A stretch of 64,000 nt of DNA from Glaciecola sp. (GCA_965660625.1 CBFIAR010000002.1:12946-76945); one strand, 5' to 3'; shown: positions 16,900-26,825, counted from the first letter of the stretch. Notes: a model not told the origin generated them from the sequence alone. Translations and numbers: made by a program.

Positions 16900-18606
16900 A
16901 TGCTTAAGTCAATTAAATCTATCCTTGTTCTGTTATCTGGTATGTCAATGACCTTGCTGGTTCCCAGCGCTTCTGCATATGACCGCATTACGGGTGAAAC
17001 CTTTGCAAGTCGCTCTGAGGTTATTGCGCAAAACGGGATGGCGGCAACAAGTCAGCCCTTAGCCACTCAAGTAGCATTAGACATATTAAAAAGCGGCGGA
17101 AACGCAATTGATGCAGCGATTGCTGCAAACGCTTTATTGGGCCTAGTTGAACCTACAGGCAGCGGTATAGGCGGTGATTTATTTGCTATTATTTGGGATG
17201 CAAAATCGCAAAAGTTGTATGGTCTGAACGCTTCAGGACGATCGCCAAAAGGACTGACGCGCGACTATTTTGCAAAGCAGGGTTTAGATAAAATCCCAGC
17301 GTTTGGACCACTGCCGGTATCGGTACCTGGCGCCGTTGACGGTTGGTTTATGTTAAGTGAACGATTCGGCTCTAAGCCCATGCAGGAATTACTGGCCCCA
17401 TCGATTGATTATGCTCGAAATGGTTTTCCTGTATCAGAAGTGATTGCCTACTATTTTGAAATGAATCAGAAACGCATAGGTCACTACCCAGGCTTTGAGG
17501 AAACTTTCACCATCAATGGCAATACCCCAAAGAAAGGTCAAATATTTAAAAACCCAAACCTTGCCGCAACGTATGAAAAACTAGCCACAGGGGGGCGGGA
17601 TGCATTTTACAAAGGCGACATTGCGCGCACTATCAGCGGCTTTATGCAAAGCCAAGGTGGATTGCTCAGCTATCAAGATATGGCATCACATACATCGAAT
17701 TGGGTTGAGCCGGTATCCACTAACTACCGCGGCTATGATGTTTGGGAATTACCACCCAATGGGCAAGGCATTGCTGCTTTGCAAATCCTCAACATCCTAG
17801 AATTATATGATCTTGAAAGTATGGGGAGGGACAGCGCTGAGTTTGTACATACAGTGGTGGAAGCCAAAAAGCTCGCATTTGCAGACCGCGCTAAGTTTTA
17901 TGCAGACCCCGACTTCAATCAAATTCCGGTAGAGTGGTTAATTTCCAAAGAATATGCGAAAAAACGCCAGAAGCTGATTGATCCAAATGCAGCGGCAAAG
18001 CGCGTAGATGCAGGCAAAAATGAAGGAGACACTATTTACCTGACTGTTGCTGATAGCCAAGGCAACATGGTGTCTTTGATTCAGAGCAATTACCGTGGTA
18101 TGGGTTCAGGCATGATCCCAACTGATTTGGGCTTTGTTTTACAAAACCGAGGCGAAATGTTCTCACTAGATAAAAATCACTTTAATGCTCTAGAACCTGG
18201 CAAGCGTCCGTTTCATACCATTATCCCTGCGTTTGTGACTCGAAATAATAAACCGCTCATGAGCTTCGGCGTTATGGGCGGCGGAACGCAGCCGCAAATG
18301 CATGCACAGATTATTGTGAATATGATTGATTTTGGCATGAATTTACAAGAAGCTGGTGATGCGCCACGCATACTGCATACGGGCTCTAGCTCGCCTGAGG
18401 GCGATATCATGACCGATGGCGGCTATATTAGTTTAGAATCGGGCTTTTCAGCAAAAACACGTCGAGACTTACTCCAAAAAGGACATACTCTAAAAGACGT
18501 TTTAGGCGCTTTTGGTGGCTATCAAGCAATCATGCTAGACGATAAAAACAAAGTGTATTATGGTGCATCAGAAACTAGAAAAGACGGTCAAGCCGCAGGA
18601 TATTAA
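16900..18606 (+). CDS. ggt: Gamma-glutamyltransferase precursor
   Basis: Signal peptide, GGNAIDAAIA, GSGIGGD, autoproteolysis site GD/TIYL, PGKRPFHTIIP and GVMGG. Confidence 0.95.
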   Translation: MLKSIKSILVLLSGMSMTLLVPSASAYDRITGETFASRSEVIAQNGMAATSQPLATQVALDILKSGGNAIDAAIAANALLGLVEPTGSGIGGDLFAIIWDAKSQKLYGLNASGRSPKGLTRDYFAKQGLDKIPAFGPLPVSVPGAVDGWFMLSERFGSKPMQELLAPSIDYARNGFPVSEVIAYYFEMNQKRIGHYPGFEETFTINGNTPKKGQIFKNPNLAATYEKLATGGRDAFYKGDIARTISGFMQSQGGLLSYQDMASHTSNWVEPVSTNYRGYDVWELPPNGQGIAALQILNILELYDLESMGRDSAEFVHTVVEAKKLAFADRAKFYADPDFNQIPVEWLISKEYAKKRQKLIDPNAAAKRVDAGKNEGDTIYLTVADSQGNMVSLIQSNYRGMGSGMIPTDLGFVLQNRGEMFSLDKNHFNALEPGKRPFHTIIPAFVTRNNKPLMSFGVMGGGTQPQMHAQIIVNMIDFGMNLQEAGDAPRILHTGSSSPEGDIMTDGGYISLESGFSAKTRRDLLQKGHTLKDVLGAFGGYQAIMLDDKNKVYYGASETRKDGQAAGY

Positions 18607-18609
18607 TTA

Positions 18610-19551
18610 ATGAGTCAATCGCAAAAGGGTATTTGCGCCGAGCCAAACTTGCACGCTCAATATTTGCTATTTAACGTTGTTGATGACGACTTTCCAGCAA
18701 TGCGCGAAAAACTCTCCCGATTGCTCGACTTGTTTGAGCACTTTGACGATGAGCACTATGAAGCGATGGTGTCAGGTATTATCGCCATCGGCTCGAGTTT
18801 TTGGTCTGAAATTTACCCGCATAGCGCACCACAAGAGCTGGTGGGGTTTCCTGATATGCAGTGTGAGGACCGTTGTGCTCCTGTTCTTCCATGTGACTTA
18901 TTTATTCAAATTCGAGCGGATCGCCTAGATATTTGTCATGCTGTGGGTATCGAAGTGCTAGATTTGCTGCGTGTTCACGTTGAATTGGTGGAGCAAGTGA
19001 GTGCTTTTCGATATCTTGATGGTCGAGATTTAACCGGGTTTCTTGATGGTGAGGACAATCCCAGAGGCATGAAAAAGCTCGATATTGCTATTGTTGGTGA
19101 CAGTGATCCTGAGCATAAAGGCGGTAGCTATATTCATATTCAGCGATATCGTCATGATATGAATCGCTGGAATGCCTTGTCTCTGCGCCGACAAGAAAGC
19201 GTGATGGGGAAAACTAAAGAGCACAATCTACCCTTGGTCGACAGCGGACGATCCTCACATAATTTTCGTACCAAATTAACGGGGCCTAATGGTGAATACC
19301 CAAGTTTGTTAAAGCAAAGTATGCCTTACGGAGACATGCTCATGCAGGGCTTGTTCTTTGTTAGCTGTGCAAATAACAGTAAGTCTTTCCGAGATATGCT
19401 GCATAGCCGCATTTTTGGCGACGAAATGGGGCATTATGATCGACTGCTTGATTATTCAAATGCGGAGACGGGCGCAGCCTTTTTTGCACCTTCAATTCAA
19501 TTTATAAAACGTCACGCTAAAGAATATGATGATGGGGAAGCGTCTTTTTGA
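18610..19551 (+). CDS. Dyp-type peroxidase family protein (YfeX-like)
   Basis: RDLTGFLDGEDNP (GxxDG), proximal SH, QSMPYG, GLFFVS and TGAAFFAPS. Confidence 0.9.
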   Translation: MSQSQKGICAEPNLHAQYLLFNVVDDDFPAMREKLSRLLDLFEHFDDEHYEAMVSGIIAIGSSFWSEIYPHSAPQELVGFPDMQCEDRCAPVLPCDLFIQIRADRLDICHAVGIEVLDLLRVHVELVEQVSAFRYLDGRDLTGFLDGEDNPRGMKKLDIAIVGDSDPEHKGGSYIHIQRYRHDMNRWNALSLRRQESVMGKTKEHNLPLVDSGRSSHNFRTKLTGPNGEYPSLLKQSMPYGDMLMQGLFFVSCANNSKSFRDMLHSRIFGDEMGHYDRLLDYSNAETGAAFFAPSIQFIKRHAKEYDDGEASF

Positions 19552-20366
19552 GTATGCTAAAGAACGAGCTCACGGGTGATGACGCTCAATCTGAATCCCA
19601 GAATCATCATATAAATAACCTAAGTATTGGAAAGAACGCGCAAGTTCCCGCAGTTCTTGTCGAATCTCTGTTATTTTCGTATGCCGCTAGCAAACCCATA
19701 ATCAACATTAAAAAATGGCAGTTAAGTAAATCAGAACATGTATTCTTATACGGCCCGTCAGGCTGTGGAAAAAGTACGTTGTTAAACTTGATTTCTGGTA
19801 TTTTGTCTCCCCAAGGGGGCAAGGTCAGTGTTTTAGGTACGGATATAGCAGCCTTAAAAACCAGTAAGCGGGATCGCTTTAGAGCCCAACACATTGGTGT
19901 TGTATTTCAGCAGTTTAACCTAGTTCCTTATTTAAGTGTCCTCGACAATATTCAGCTAGCTATGCATTTTGCGAACGATGATTCTGATAAAACAAATGCG
20001 ATGAAAAAAGAGCCGACCAAACAACAGCGGATTATCGCAATGCTCGATGCCTTGCAGTTGCCCAGTGACTGCATCTTGCAAAAAGCTAGCGAGCTGAGTG
20101 TAGGACAGCAACAGCGGGTTGCTATTGCACGCGCACTCATAAATAAACCGGATGTGCTGATTGTTGATGAACCTACTTCTGCCCTCGACGTATCTGCTAA
20201 AGACGCTTTTATGCAAGTGCTAATCGATACGACAATAAGTTCGAATGCCGCACTTATATTTGTTAGTCACGACCAGTCACTTGCTAGACATTTTAAACGA
20301 GTTGAATCATTAACTGATATAAATAATACAGTTTCTAGGATGCCCAAACCGGAAGACGGGTTATGA
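19548..20366 (+). CDS. ABC transporter ATP-binding protein (LolD/MacB-type, ZrgB-like)
   Basis: Walker A GPSGCGKST, signature LSVGQQQRVAIARAL, Walker B VDEPT, H-loop SHD. The start may be ATG 19554. Confidence 0.93.
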   Translation: MSMLKNELTGDDAQSESQNHHINNLSIGKNAQVPAVLVESLLFSYAASKPIINIKKWQLSKSEHVFLYGPSGCGKSTLLNLISGILSPQGGKVSVLGTDIAALKTSKRDRFRAQHIGVVFQQFNLVPYLSVLDNIQLAMHFANDDSDKTNAMKKEPTKQQRIIAMLDALQLPSDCILQKASELSVGQQQRVAIARALINKPDVLIVDEPTSALDVSAKDAFMQVLIDTTISSNAALIFVSHDQSLARHFKRVESLTDINNTVSRMPKPEDGL

Positions 20367-21793
20367 TTTTTAGGGTTGCTAAACATAGCTTATTGCACAG
20401 AAAGGTATCTGTCATGCTGACTTTTTTAGCGTTATTAGTGAGCGTTTCATTATTGCTGTCAATTGAGCATATGAGAAAAGAAGCAAAAAGTAGCTTTTAC
20501 CGCACCGTTTCTGGTGTCGATCTGATCGTCGGCGCGCGCACAGGACAGATTAATTTACTATTAAGCTCCGTGTTTAGAGTGGGAGCGAACGCGAATTCTG
20601 TGAGCTGGACAAGTTATCAGAATATTGTGGCTAATCCTTTGGTAGCGTGGTCGATTCCCTTAGCACTGGGCGATTCACATAAGGGATTTGCTGTTATCGG
20701 CACCACGAATGCTTATTTTGAGCATTATCGTTTTGGTGACCAGCGGCAGTTAAGTTTTCAAGCTGGGGGGCGTTTTACTGACAATCAGCAGAGCCATAGT
20801 GCAATTGATAGCGCAGTCGATACAGCAAAAATGTCTACCGTGGGTCAGCATTTTGATGTTGTTATTGGGGCGGATGCAGCCAAACAATTAAATTATAAGG
20901 TGGGTGACGAGATTATCATCTCCCATGGCGTGGGCAAGGTGAGTTTTAGCCATCACGACGATCACCCCTTTACGATTGTCGGCATTTTACACTACACGGG
21001 AACGCCGGTTGACCAAGCAGTTCACGTTGGTCTAAATGCCATCGAATCGATTCATACACAAGTGAATCCGAGCTTGTCTAAAAACACACTTACCCGCGCG
21101 AGTTTGAAAAAGCCTGAGCAAGCAGGACATAATCATGCCGAGCACGAGCACGAGCACGAGCTGAGTGAAATTGACAATACTGCCTCCCAAGGGGCAAAAA
21201 GAACACTTGAAACCCCTCCGAAGCAAGATTCTGATAAACACGCACTGTTACAACCAACGCAAGTATCTGCGTTCATGCTCGGACTCAAGTCTCGTATTGC
21301 CGTACTGCAAATTCAAAGACAAGTTAATCAGTCCAACCTTGAGCCACTGTCAGCGATTATCCCAGGCGTTGCTTTAGCTGAGTTATGGCGCTTAGTCGGC
21401 GCGGTTGAAAATGTATTACGGATTATTTCTGCAGCGGTGTTAGTTGCCAGCCTATTAGGCTTAAGTACTATGCTATTAGCATCGCTGCGTGAACGCAGAG
21501 CTGAAATTAGCGTGTTTAGGATCATGGGAGCAAAACCGAGTTTTGTATTTTGGTTAGTGCAATTTGAGGCGCTCAGCATTGCTTTGGGTGCTAGTGTCTT
21601 TGCCGTCTTGCTAGTAACGGGTGGCATTTTACTGGGCAATGATTGGTTACTGACTGAATATGCGTTGTCCTTAAGTGCAAATATTCTCTCAGTACATACG
21701 TTATCGATGATTGGTATTGTGTTGCTTGCAACATTTATAATTGCGCTTATACCTAGCATTGGCGCATACCGAAATGCGCGGTCACTAAGTTAG
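20363..21793 (+). CDS. ABC transporter permease (FtsX/MacB-type, ZrgC-like) with a His-rich insert
   Basis: DLIVGARTGQINLLLSSVF, WSIPLALGDSHKGF and FSHHDDHPF motifs; C-terminal TMs. Confidence 0.9.
   Translation: MIFRVAKHSLLHRKVSVMLTFLALLVSVSLLLSIEHMRKEAKSSFYRTVSGVDLIVGARTGQINLLLSSVFRVGANANSVSWTSYQNIVANPLVAWSIPLALGDSHKGFAVIGTTNAYFEHYRFGDQRQLSFQAGGRFTDNQQSHSAIDSAVDTAKMSTVGQHFDVVIGADAAKQLNYKVGDEIIISHGVGKVSFSHHDDHPFTIVGILHYTGTPVDQAVHVGLNAIESIHTQVNPSLSKNTLTRASLKKPEQAGHNHAEHEHEHELSEIDNTASQGAKRTLETPPKQDSDKHALLQPTQVSAFMLGLKSRIAVLQIQRQVNQSNLEPLSAIIPGVALAELWRLVGAVENVLRIISAAVLVASLLGLSTMLLASLRERRAEISVFRIMGAKPSFVFWLVQFEALSIALGASVFAVLLVTGGILLGNDWLLTEYALSLSANILSVHTLSMIGIVLLATFIIALIPSIGAYRNARSLS
21140..21161 (+). 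repeat. Coding microsatellite (GAGCAC)3 GAGC encoding EHEHEHE
   Basis: Read directly inside the permease. Confidence 0.85.
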
Positions 21794-21938
21794 CGTGAAC
21801 GATACGTAAACCAGAAAGGCGATGGTCAAACTTTACTATTCTTAAAAACCATTAATAAAGCAGCGTGAATGGACGATATAGTATAATAATCATCGGAAGT
21901 TTTGTCTTCTGCACCGTTTTTGTATTCTAGAGAGTGTT

Positions 21939-22895
21939 ATGTCCAATCTAATGTCATCAATTGATCAGCGCACGCAGCTAGTGGGTGAAAACCGCCTCGA
22001 GCTGCTGATGTTTAAATTAGGATCACGGCACACGTTTGCGCTAAACGTATTTAAAGTGAGGGAAGTTATTACCGTGCCTCCGCTGAATCAGCTGCCAGGT
22101 TCTCACTATCATATCAAAGGCATAACAAATTATCGTGGCGGCTCTATTCCTATTATTGATTTGAGGACAGCTATTCACTTGAACAATAATAGTGCGAACT
22201 ATGAACCTCAAAACGTGATTATTACGGAATATAATAGAACTGTTCAAGGGTTCTTGATTGGGCAAATAATGAATATTGTCAACACATCATGGAGCGACAT
22301 TCAGCCACCTCCGTCCTCTGCTGGAAAGAATAACTATTTAACTGCATTCACCAGAGTAGAAAATGATGGTGAGATTGAGCTCGTAGAAATCATTGACGTT
22401 GAAAAAGTCCTTTCAGAAATTATTGAATATGATACCTCTATTTCAGAAGACCTGTTGGATTTGGATATAAAAGAAACCTTGGTGGGGCAGAAAGTCTTAG
22501 TTGTTGATGACTCGTCAACGGCTCGTGGCCAGATTCGTGAGACGCTCATTCAGTTAGGTATAGAAATTATTGAGGAAAAAGACGGACTAAGGGCGTTGAA
22601 TCTTTTGAAGAGTTGGGCTGATCAAGGGAAAGTGGTAACTGATGAAATTCTAATGATGTTTACAGATGCAGAGATGCCACAAATGGACGGCTATCGACTC
22701 ACAGCGGAAGTGCGCAAAGATCCAAGAATGTCAGACTTATTCATAGCCCTTAATACCTCATTGAGCGGCACTTTTAATGAAGCTATGGTCGAAAAAGTTG
22801 GCTGTAATCGCTTTATTTCAAAATTTCAGCCAGACTTACTTGTCGAAGTCGTACAACAGAGAATGCGCGAAGTGTTGCAGGGTGATGAAAAGTAA
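21939..22895 (+). CDS. cheV: Chemotaxis protein CheV (CheW + receiver)
   Basis: SIDQRTQLVGENRLELLMF, FALNVFKVREV, VVDDS and TDAEMPQMDGY motifs. Confidence 0.95.
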   Translation: MSNLMSSIDQRTQLVGENRLELLMFKLGSRHTFALNVFKVREVITVPPLNQLPGSHYHIKGITNYRGGSIPIIDLRTAIHLNNNSANYEPQNVIITEYNRTVQGFLIGQIMNIVNTSWSDIQPPPSSAGKNNYLTAFTRVENDGEIELVEIIDVEKVLSEIIEYDTSISEDLLDLDIKETLVGQKVLVVDDSSTARGQIRETLIQLGIEIIEEKDGLRALNLLKSWADQGKVVTDEILMMFTDAEMPQMDGYRLTAEVRKDPRMSDLFIALNTSLSGTFNEAMVEKVGCNRFISKFQPDLLVEVVQQRMREVLQGDEK

Positions 22896-23043
22896 ACAGA
22901 CATTTTAGGTAAGTGGCGAATGTCACAACTGTTCATCTTTGCTGTTAGGTGACCACTAATTAAAGCATTTATTGCAGCGAAACTAGGCTTTTGCTGCAAT
23001 ATGCAATAACCTAATGCATATTACTCACGATTAGGTTTCCAAA

Positions 23044-23655
23044 ATGATGAAGTCAAGCACCCTCAGTGTTCTTTTAATTAGCATTTCCCTTAGTGTTTCC
23101 GTGTTCGCCGGCGCTCTAGTAAAACCAGCACCTTTAGTATCTATACCAAGCCATGACAATTTTTTTAACAGTATTGCAAAGCACTGTGGTAAGGCGTTCG
23201 AGGGTAACGTTGTTTTTGATAACGACCCCAGTCCTGCATTCGATGATAAGTTGGTCATGCATGTCAGAAAATGTTCTGAAGAACAACTGCAAATTCCATT
23301 TCACGTTGGGCCTGATTCGTCACGTACATGGATAATTACCAAAACTGGCAGCGGTTTGAGTTTAAAGCATGATCATCGACACAAAGACGGTAGTGACGAC
23401 GCATTAACCATGTATGGCGGTCATACAACTGACGCTGGCTATGATCAGGTCCAGTCATTCCCTGCTGACCAATATTCAAAAGAACTATTTGTGCAAAGTG
23501 GTATTCCACAATCCAACGGCAATACATGGCAAGTGTTTGTCTATGATGAAAAATTTACGTATAGAATGGTACGTGAGGGGAGAGAGTTTCGTGTTGATTT
23601 CGACTTAAGCAAGCCCATTGAGGTACCTGCTGCACCATGGGGCTACAGTGAGTAA
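23044..23655 (+). CDS. Conserved exported hypothetical protein
   Basis: Signal peptide, HCGKAFEG, LKHDHRHKDGSDD and TMYGG. No function recognised. Confidence 0.75.
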   Translation: MMKSSTLSVLLISISLSVSVFAGALVKPAPLVSIPSHDNFFNSIAKHCGKAFEGNVVFDNDPSPAFDDKLVMHVRKCSEEQLQIPFHVGPDSSRTWIITKTGSGLSLKHDHRHKDGSDDALTMYGGHTTDAGYDQVQSFPADQYSKELFVQSGIPQSNGNTWQVFVYDEKFTYRMVREGREFRVDFDLSKPIEVPAAPWGYSE

Positions 23656-23928
23656 AATTGCAGTTGAATGAACAATAGTCTGTTACAACACCCATTAAGC
23701 ATTTCCGACTGTCTAGTTTTTCTCATAGAGAAAACATCGAATGCTAGAATATGCCGTTTGGATAGGAGACTCGAATTGAACTTTATAATAAAAGCTGCAC
23801 GAAAGAGCGACGATTTGTAAGCCGTGGAAATGTCAATAAACCAAATTTGCCTTGCGCACGTAATTCCTTTACTTACTTAAAACTTAGGGCTAAAACTTAG
23901 CTCGCTACACTAGGCTACGAGCATTTTT

Positions 23929-24762
23929 ATGGACCTTATTTTTTTTGACTTAGATGGCACGTTATTAAACAACGAATCGCTTATATCAACTTTTACTAAA
24001 GATACTCTCATCTTGTTAAGAGAAAAAAATATAGCTTATACCGTTGCAACTGGGCGTACTATGCTTTCTGCGAAATCTATTGTTGATGGTCATTATTTCG
24101 ATTTACCCCAAATTTATAACAATGGGGTGACCGTATGGGATCCAAAAATTCAACAATTATCTCTTGAAAACTTACTTGATAATGCTGAAATTTCAGCGGT
24201 CATCAATTTGTCGTTGGCCCGCGGGATTGCACCGTTTGTCAATACCATTGGTAATCACAATCAGCAAAACCACCATCATATGATCTATCATGCTGAGACA
24301 CTTCACGAGGTAGAAAAAGAGTTAGTGAACAAGTATTTCTCCCGCACTGACGCAACACTGTTACCTTTGCTGGCATTACCCGTCGATAGTCAAGTAACCA
24401 ACATCAGCATGATTGGATTGGCGGATACTATCCATGAAATGTGGCTTGAACTAAACACCTATGACAATCTGATTGCCTATTCGGGCAGAGCGTTAGAAGG
24501 GGATAGATATAGCTGGATGGATGTTCATCATTGCCTTGCTAGTAAAGGAAATGCGGTGACCAATTTAAAACAGCAATTAAGCGCTAGTAACGTCATCTGT
24601 TTTGGCGACGGTGATAATGATTTAAGTATGTTTGCACTAGCCAATGAAAGCTATGCTCCGGACAACGCAAAAGCAGAAATCAAAAAGTCTGCTACCGCTA
24701 CGATAGGTCACAATCACAAAGATGGCATTGCGCACTTTTTGCGTGAGCGCTTTTCGCTATAA
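23929..24762 (+). CDS. Cof-type HAD-IIB hydrolase
   Basis: DLDGT, VATGR, SKG and FGDGDNDLSMF motifs. Confidence 0.93.
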   Translation: MDLIFFDLDGTLLNNESLISTFTKDTLILLREKNIAYTVATGRTMLSAKSIVDGHYFDLPQIYNNGVTVWDPKIQQLSLENLLDNAEISAVINLSLARGIAPFVNTIGNHNQQNHHHMIYHAETLHEVEKELVNKYFSRTDATLLPLLALPVDSQVTNISMIGLADTIHEMWLELNTYDNLIAYSGRALEGDRYSWMDVHHCLASKGNAVTNLKQQLSASNVICFGDGDNDLSMFALANESYAPDNAKAEIKKSATATIGHNHKDGIAHFLRERFSL

Positions 24763-24883
24763 TACCTATTATAGATAATACAAGAGATACCTTGATGTAA
24801 ATATGAATTGTCAGCAGAGGCTAATTGAATTGCGTCAATTTAGTCTAGACGGCATCAATTCGGTGGTATCTCAGTCGCGCAAT

Positions 24884-24923
24884 AAAAAAGAGACTAAACG
24901 CTTATCGCTTAGTCTCTTTTTTT
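24884..24923. terminator. Bidirectional rho-independent terminator
   Basis: AAAAAAGAGACTAA...TTAGTCTCTTTTTTT between convergent genes. Confidence 0.8.
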
Positions 24924-24958
24924 GTATACATTTTTTCAAATAGACTTACAGCATTCAC

Positions 24959-25060
24959 TTAGTTCGCAGTGAAAGTAATTTCATCCAAGTAAAACTCAGC
25001 ACCCGTTGCTGAATTATAGTCTGGGAACACCATAAATAGGTCAATATTAGCAGTATTTGA
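24959..25060 (-). pseudogene. Relic 3' end of a probable carbohydrate-binding/glycoside hydrolase gene
   Basis: Startless frame SNTANIDLFMVFPDYNSATGAEFYLDEITFTAN*. It resembles, by recollection, the ID-x-x-MVFP...G..(F/Y).(I/L)D.I.F end of sugar-binding domains in marine GH16-type proteins. Confidence 0.45.
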
Positions 25061-25071
25061 TTAGGTAATAA

Positions 25072-25638
25072 TTATGCTCGGCTTGTAAACTTAATGTCCG
25101 TTGTGTTTACTTTTATTTTTTCACCTGTTGAAATATATTCAGGTACTTGAACGGTTAAACCTGTCGATAGCAATGCAGGCTTTGTGCGTGCACTTGCAGA
25201 GGCACCTTTGATTGATGGGTCTGTTTCAGTAATGACTAAATCAACGGACGCCGGAAGTTCGAGGCCGACAGGCTTGTCATCTACTATCAGCACCTGCAAA
25301 CCAGTGGTTTCTTCAGTAATAAACAAAAGCTCTTCGCTGATGGTTTCTTTATCCAAGGAATAGGGAGTGTAATCCTCATTGTCCATAAAGACATATTCAT
25401 CACCATCATTATAAGAGAACATCACTTTTTTCTTATTGAACTCAGCAGTATTGATCATTTCATCTGCTTTGAAACTCTCGTCTGCTTTAGCACCGGTAGC
25501 AACTTCATATAGACGCATTCTATACAAACTGGCGCCTGCCCTGCCGCTTGGAGTAAGCTTCGCTATATCTTTTACAAAATACACTTTTCCATTGTGTTCA
25601 ATGGCTGCATGTTTCTTTATTTCACTGGCTTTTGGCAT
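25072..25638 (-). CDS. efpL: Elongation factor P-like protein (EfpL/YeiP)
   Basis: MPKASEIKK, Arg-tipped loop TPSGRAGAS, and C-terminal [21 protein letters not shown]. Confidence 0.9.
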   Translation of the reverse strand: MPKASEIKKHAAIEHNGKVYFVKDIAKLTPSGRAGASLYRMRLYEVATGAKADESFKADEMINTAEFNKKKVMFSYNDGDEYVFMDNEDYTPYSLDKETISEELLFITEETTGLQVLIVDDKPVGLELPASVDLVITETDPSIKGASASARTKPALLSTGLTVQVPEYISTGEKIKVNTTDIKFTSRA

Positions 25639-25769
25639 ACTGCTTCTCGTTAGTGTTAATAGTAAAATTTAACTTAGTTTTAGAATAAAAAATTGGAGCA
25701 CATCGACTAAAGATAACACATTTTATAAATTATGCTGTTACTCAAAAAAACGGTCAGTATTGTTATCTT

Positions 25770-26810
25770 CTAGCTGCTACCAAGTTGTAGCACACCGTCC
25801 CAGTCATCAGGGACACCATGTAAAATCAGTTGTTCTACTGAGTTTACATGCTGCTGAAGAATCGGGTCCTGCGGATTTTGTTTTATCGCGTCACGGAATA
25901 CGCGGAGTGCTTCTCTCAAGTTACCTTCCATACGGAGAGCTAAACCTTTCTGTATAGCATCAACTGCACTTAAGCGTTCCTTTTGTAATTCGTCGGATAG
26001 ATGAGACATGACTTCAAAAAGCTTTATAGGCTCATTGCGCCCTTTTACTCTAACCCAATCAATAATGCGCGAAACAAATGCATGGTCCGCTGTTGCAATT
26101 AATTTCTCACTTACAATAATATCCACGTTGTATATAGACTTCAATGTTTCAAGGCGTTGTGCAATGTTAACGCTATCGCCAATGACCGTTGTGTCCATTC
26201 TATCGTCTGAACCTACAGTCCCGATAATAACGGGGCCAAAATGAATCCCAATACCGATGCTCACAGCCGAATAACCACTTTTTGCACGATGTTGATTATA
26301 CAAGATTAATGCTCGATTTAGGCCGATAGCCGCGCGGATAGCGTCTTGTGCTTTGTCACAATCTGAACCTTCCGGACTATCGAATAACGCCATTATCGCA
26401 TCGCCAATGAATTTGTCGATAAAGCCTTTATTGTCGTGGATCGGTGCGTTCATTCTTAAGAAATACGAATTTAGAAAATTCAATAGCTCTTGTGGGGTCA
26501 TCTTTTCTGAAAGGCTGGTAAAGCCACGAATATCGCAAAATAAGATGGCTACGTTATCTTCATCTGCATGGCCAAGTTCGAGCACTCCTCCTCTCTTATA
26601 GATATGATCAAAGAATTGTCGAGGCACAAACTTTTGAAAGTTCTGGTTTAGTTGCATAGCCTCATCAGCTTTTAGCTGATGGGACCGCTCTTCTGTGTCT
26701 CTGTAATGTACCAGTTTATTTTTGATGCGTTTAACTTTACGCCAGGTAATTAACCATAGCGCAGTGCATAAAACCGCATAAATTGATAAACCAATAACCA
26801 AAAACAGCAC
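25770..26810 (-). CDS. Membrane-anchored class III adenylate/guanylate cyclase with a C-terminal TPR-like helix pair
   Basis: FCDIRGFT, DKFIGDAIMALF, GIGIHFG and TVIGDSVNIAQRLE motifs; one N-terminal TM. Confidence 0.92.
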   Translation of the reverse strand: MLFLVIGLSIYAVLCTALWLITWRKVKRIKNKLVHYRDTEERSHQLKADEAMQLNQNFQKFVPRQFFDHIYKRGGVLELGHADEDNVAILFCDIRGFTSLSEKMTPQELLNFLNSYFLRMNAPIHDNKGFIDKFIGDAIMALFDSPEGSDCDKAQDAIRAAIGLNRALILYNQHRAKSGYSAVSIGIGIHFGPVIIGTVGSDDRMDTTVIGDSVNIAQRLETLKSIYNVDIIVSEKLIATADHAFVSRIIDWVRVKGRNEPIKLFEVMSHLSDELQKERLSAVDAIQKGLALRMEGNLREALRVFRDAIKQNPQDPILQQHVNSVEQLILHGVPDDWDGVLQLGSS

Positions 26811-26825
26811 TGACTTAACTTCCTT

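Noticed and set aside
6692-16900. attL/attR direct repeat bracketing the whole island
   Set aside because: No convincing duplicated sequence at both ends; CCAAGGTTA twice (16640, 16701) is local and only 9 bp.
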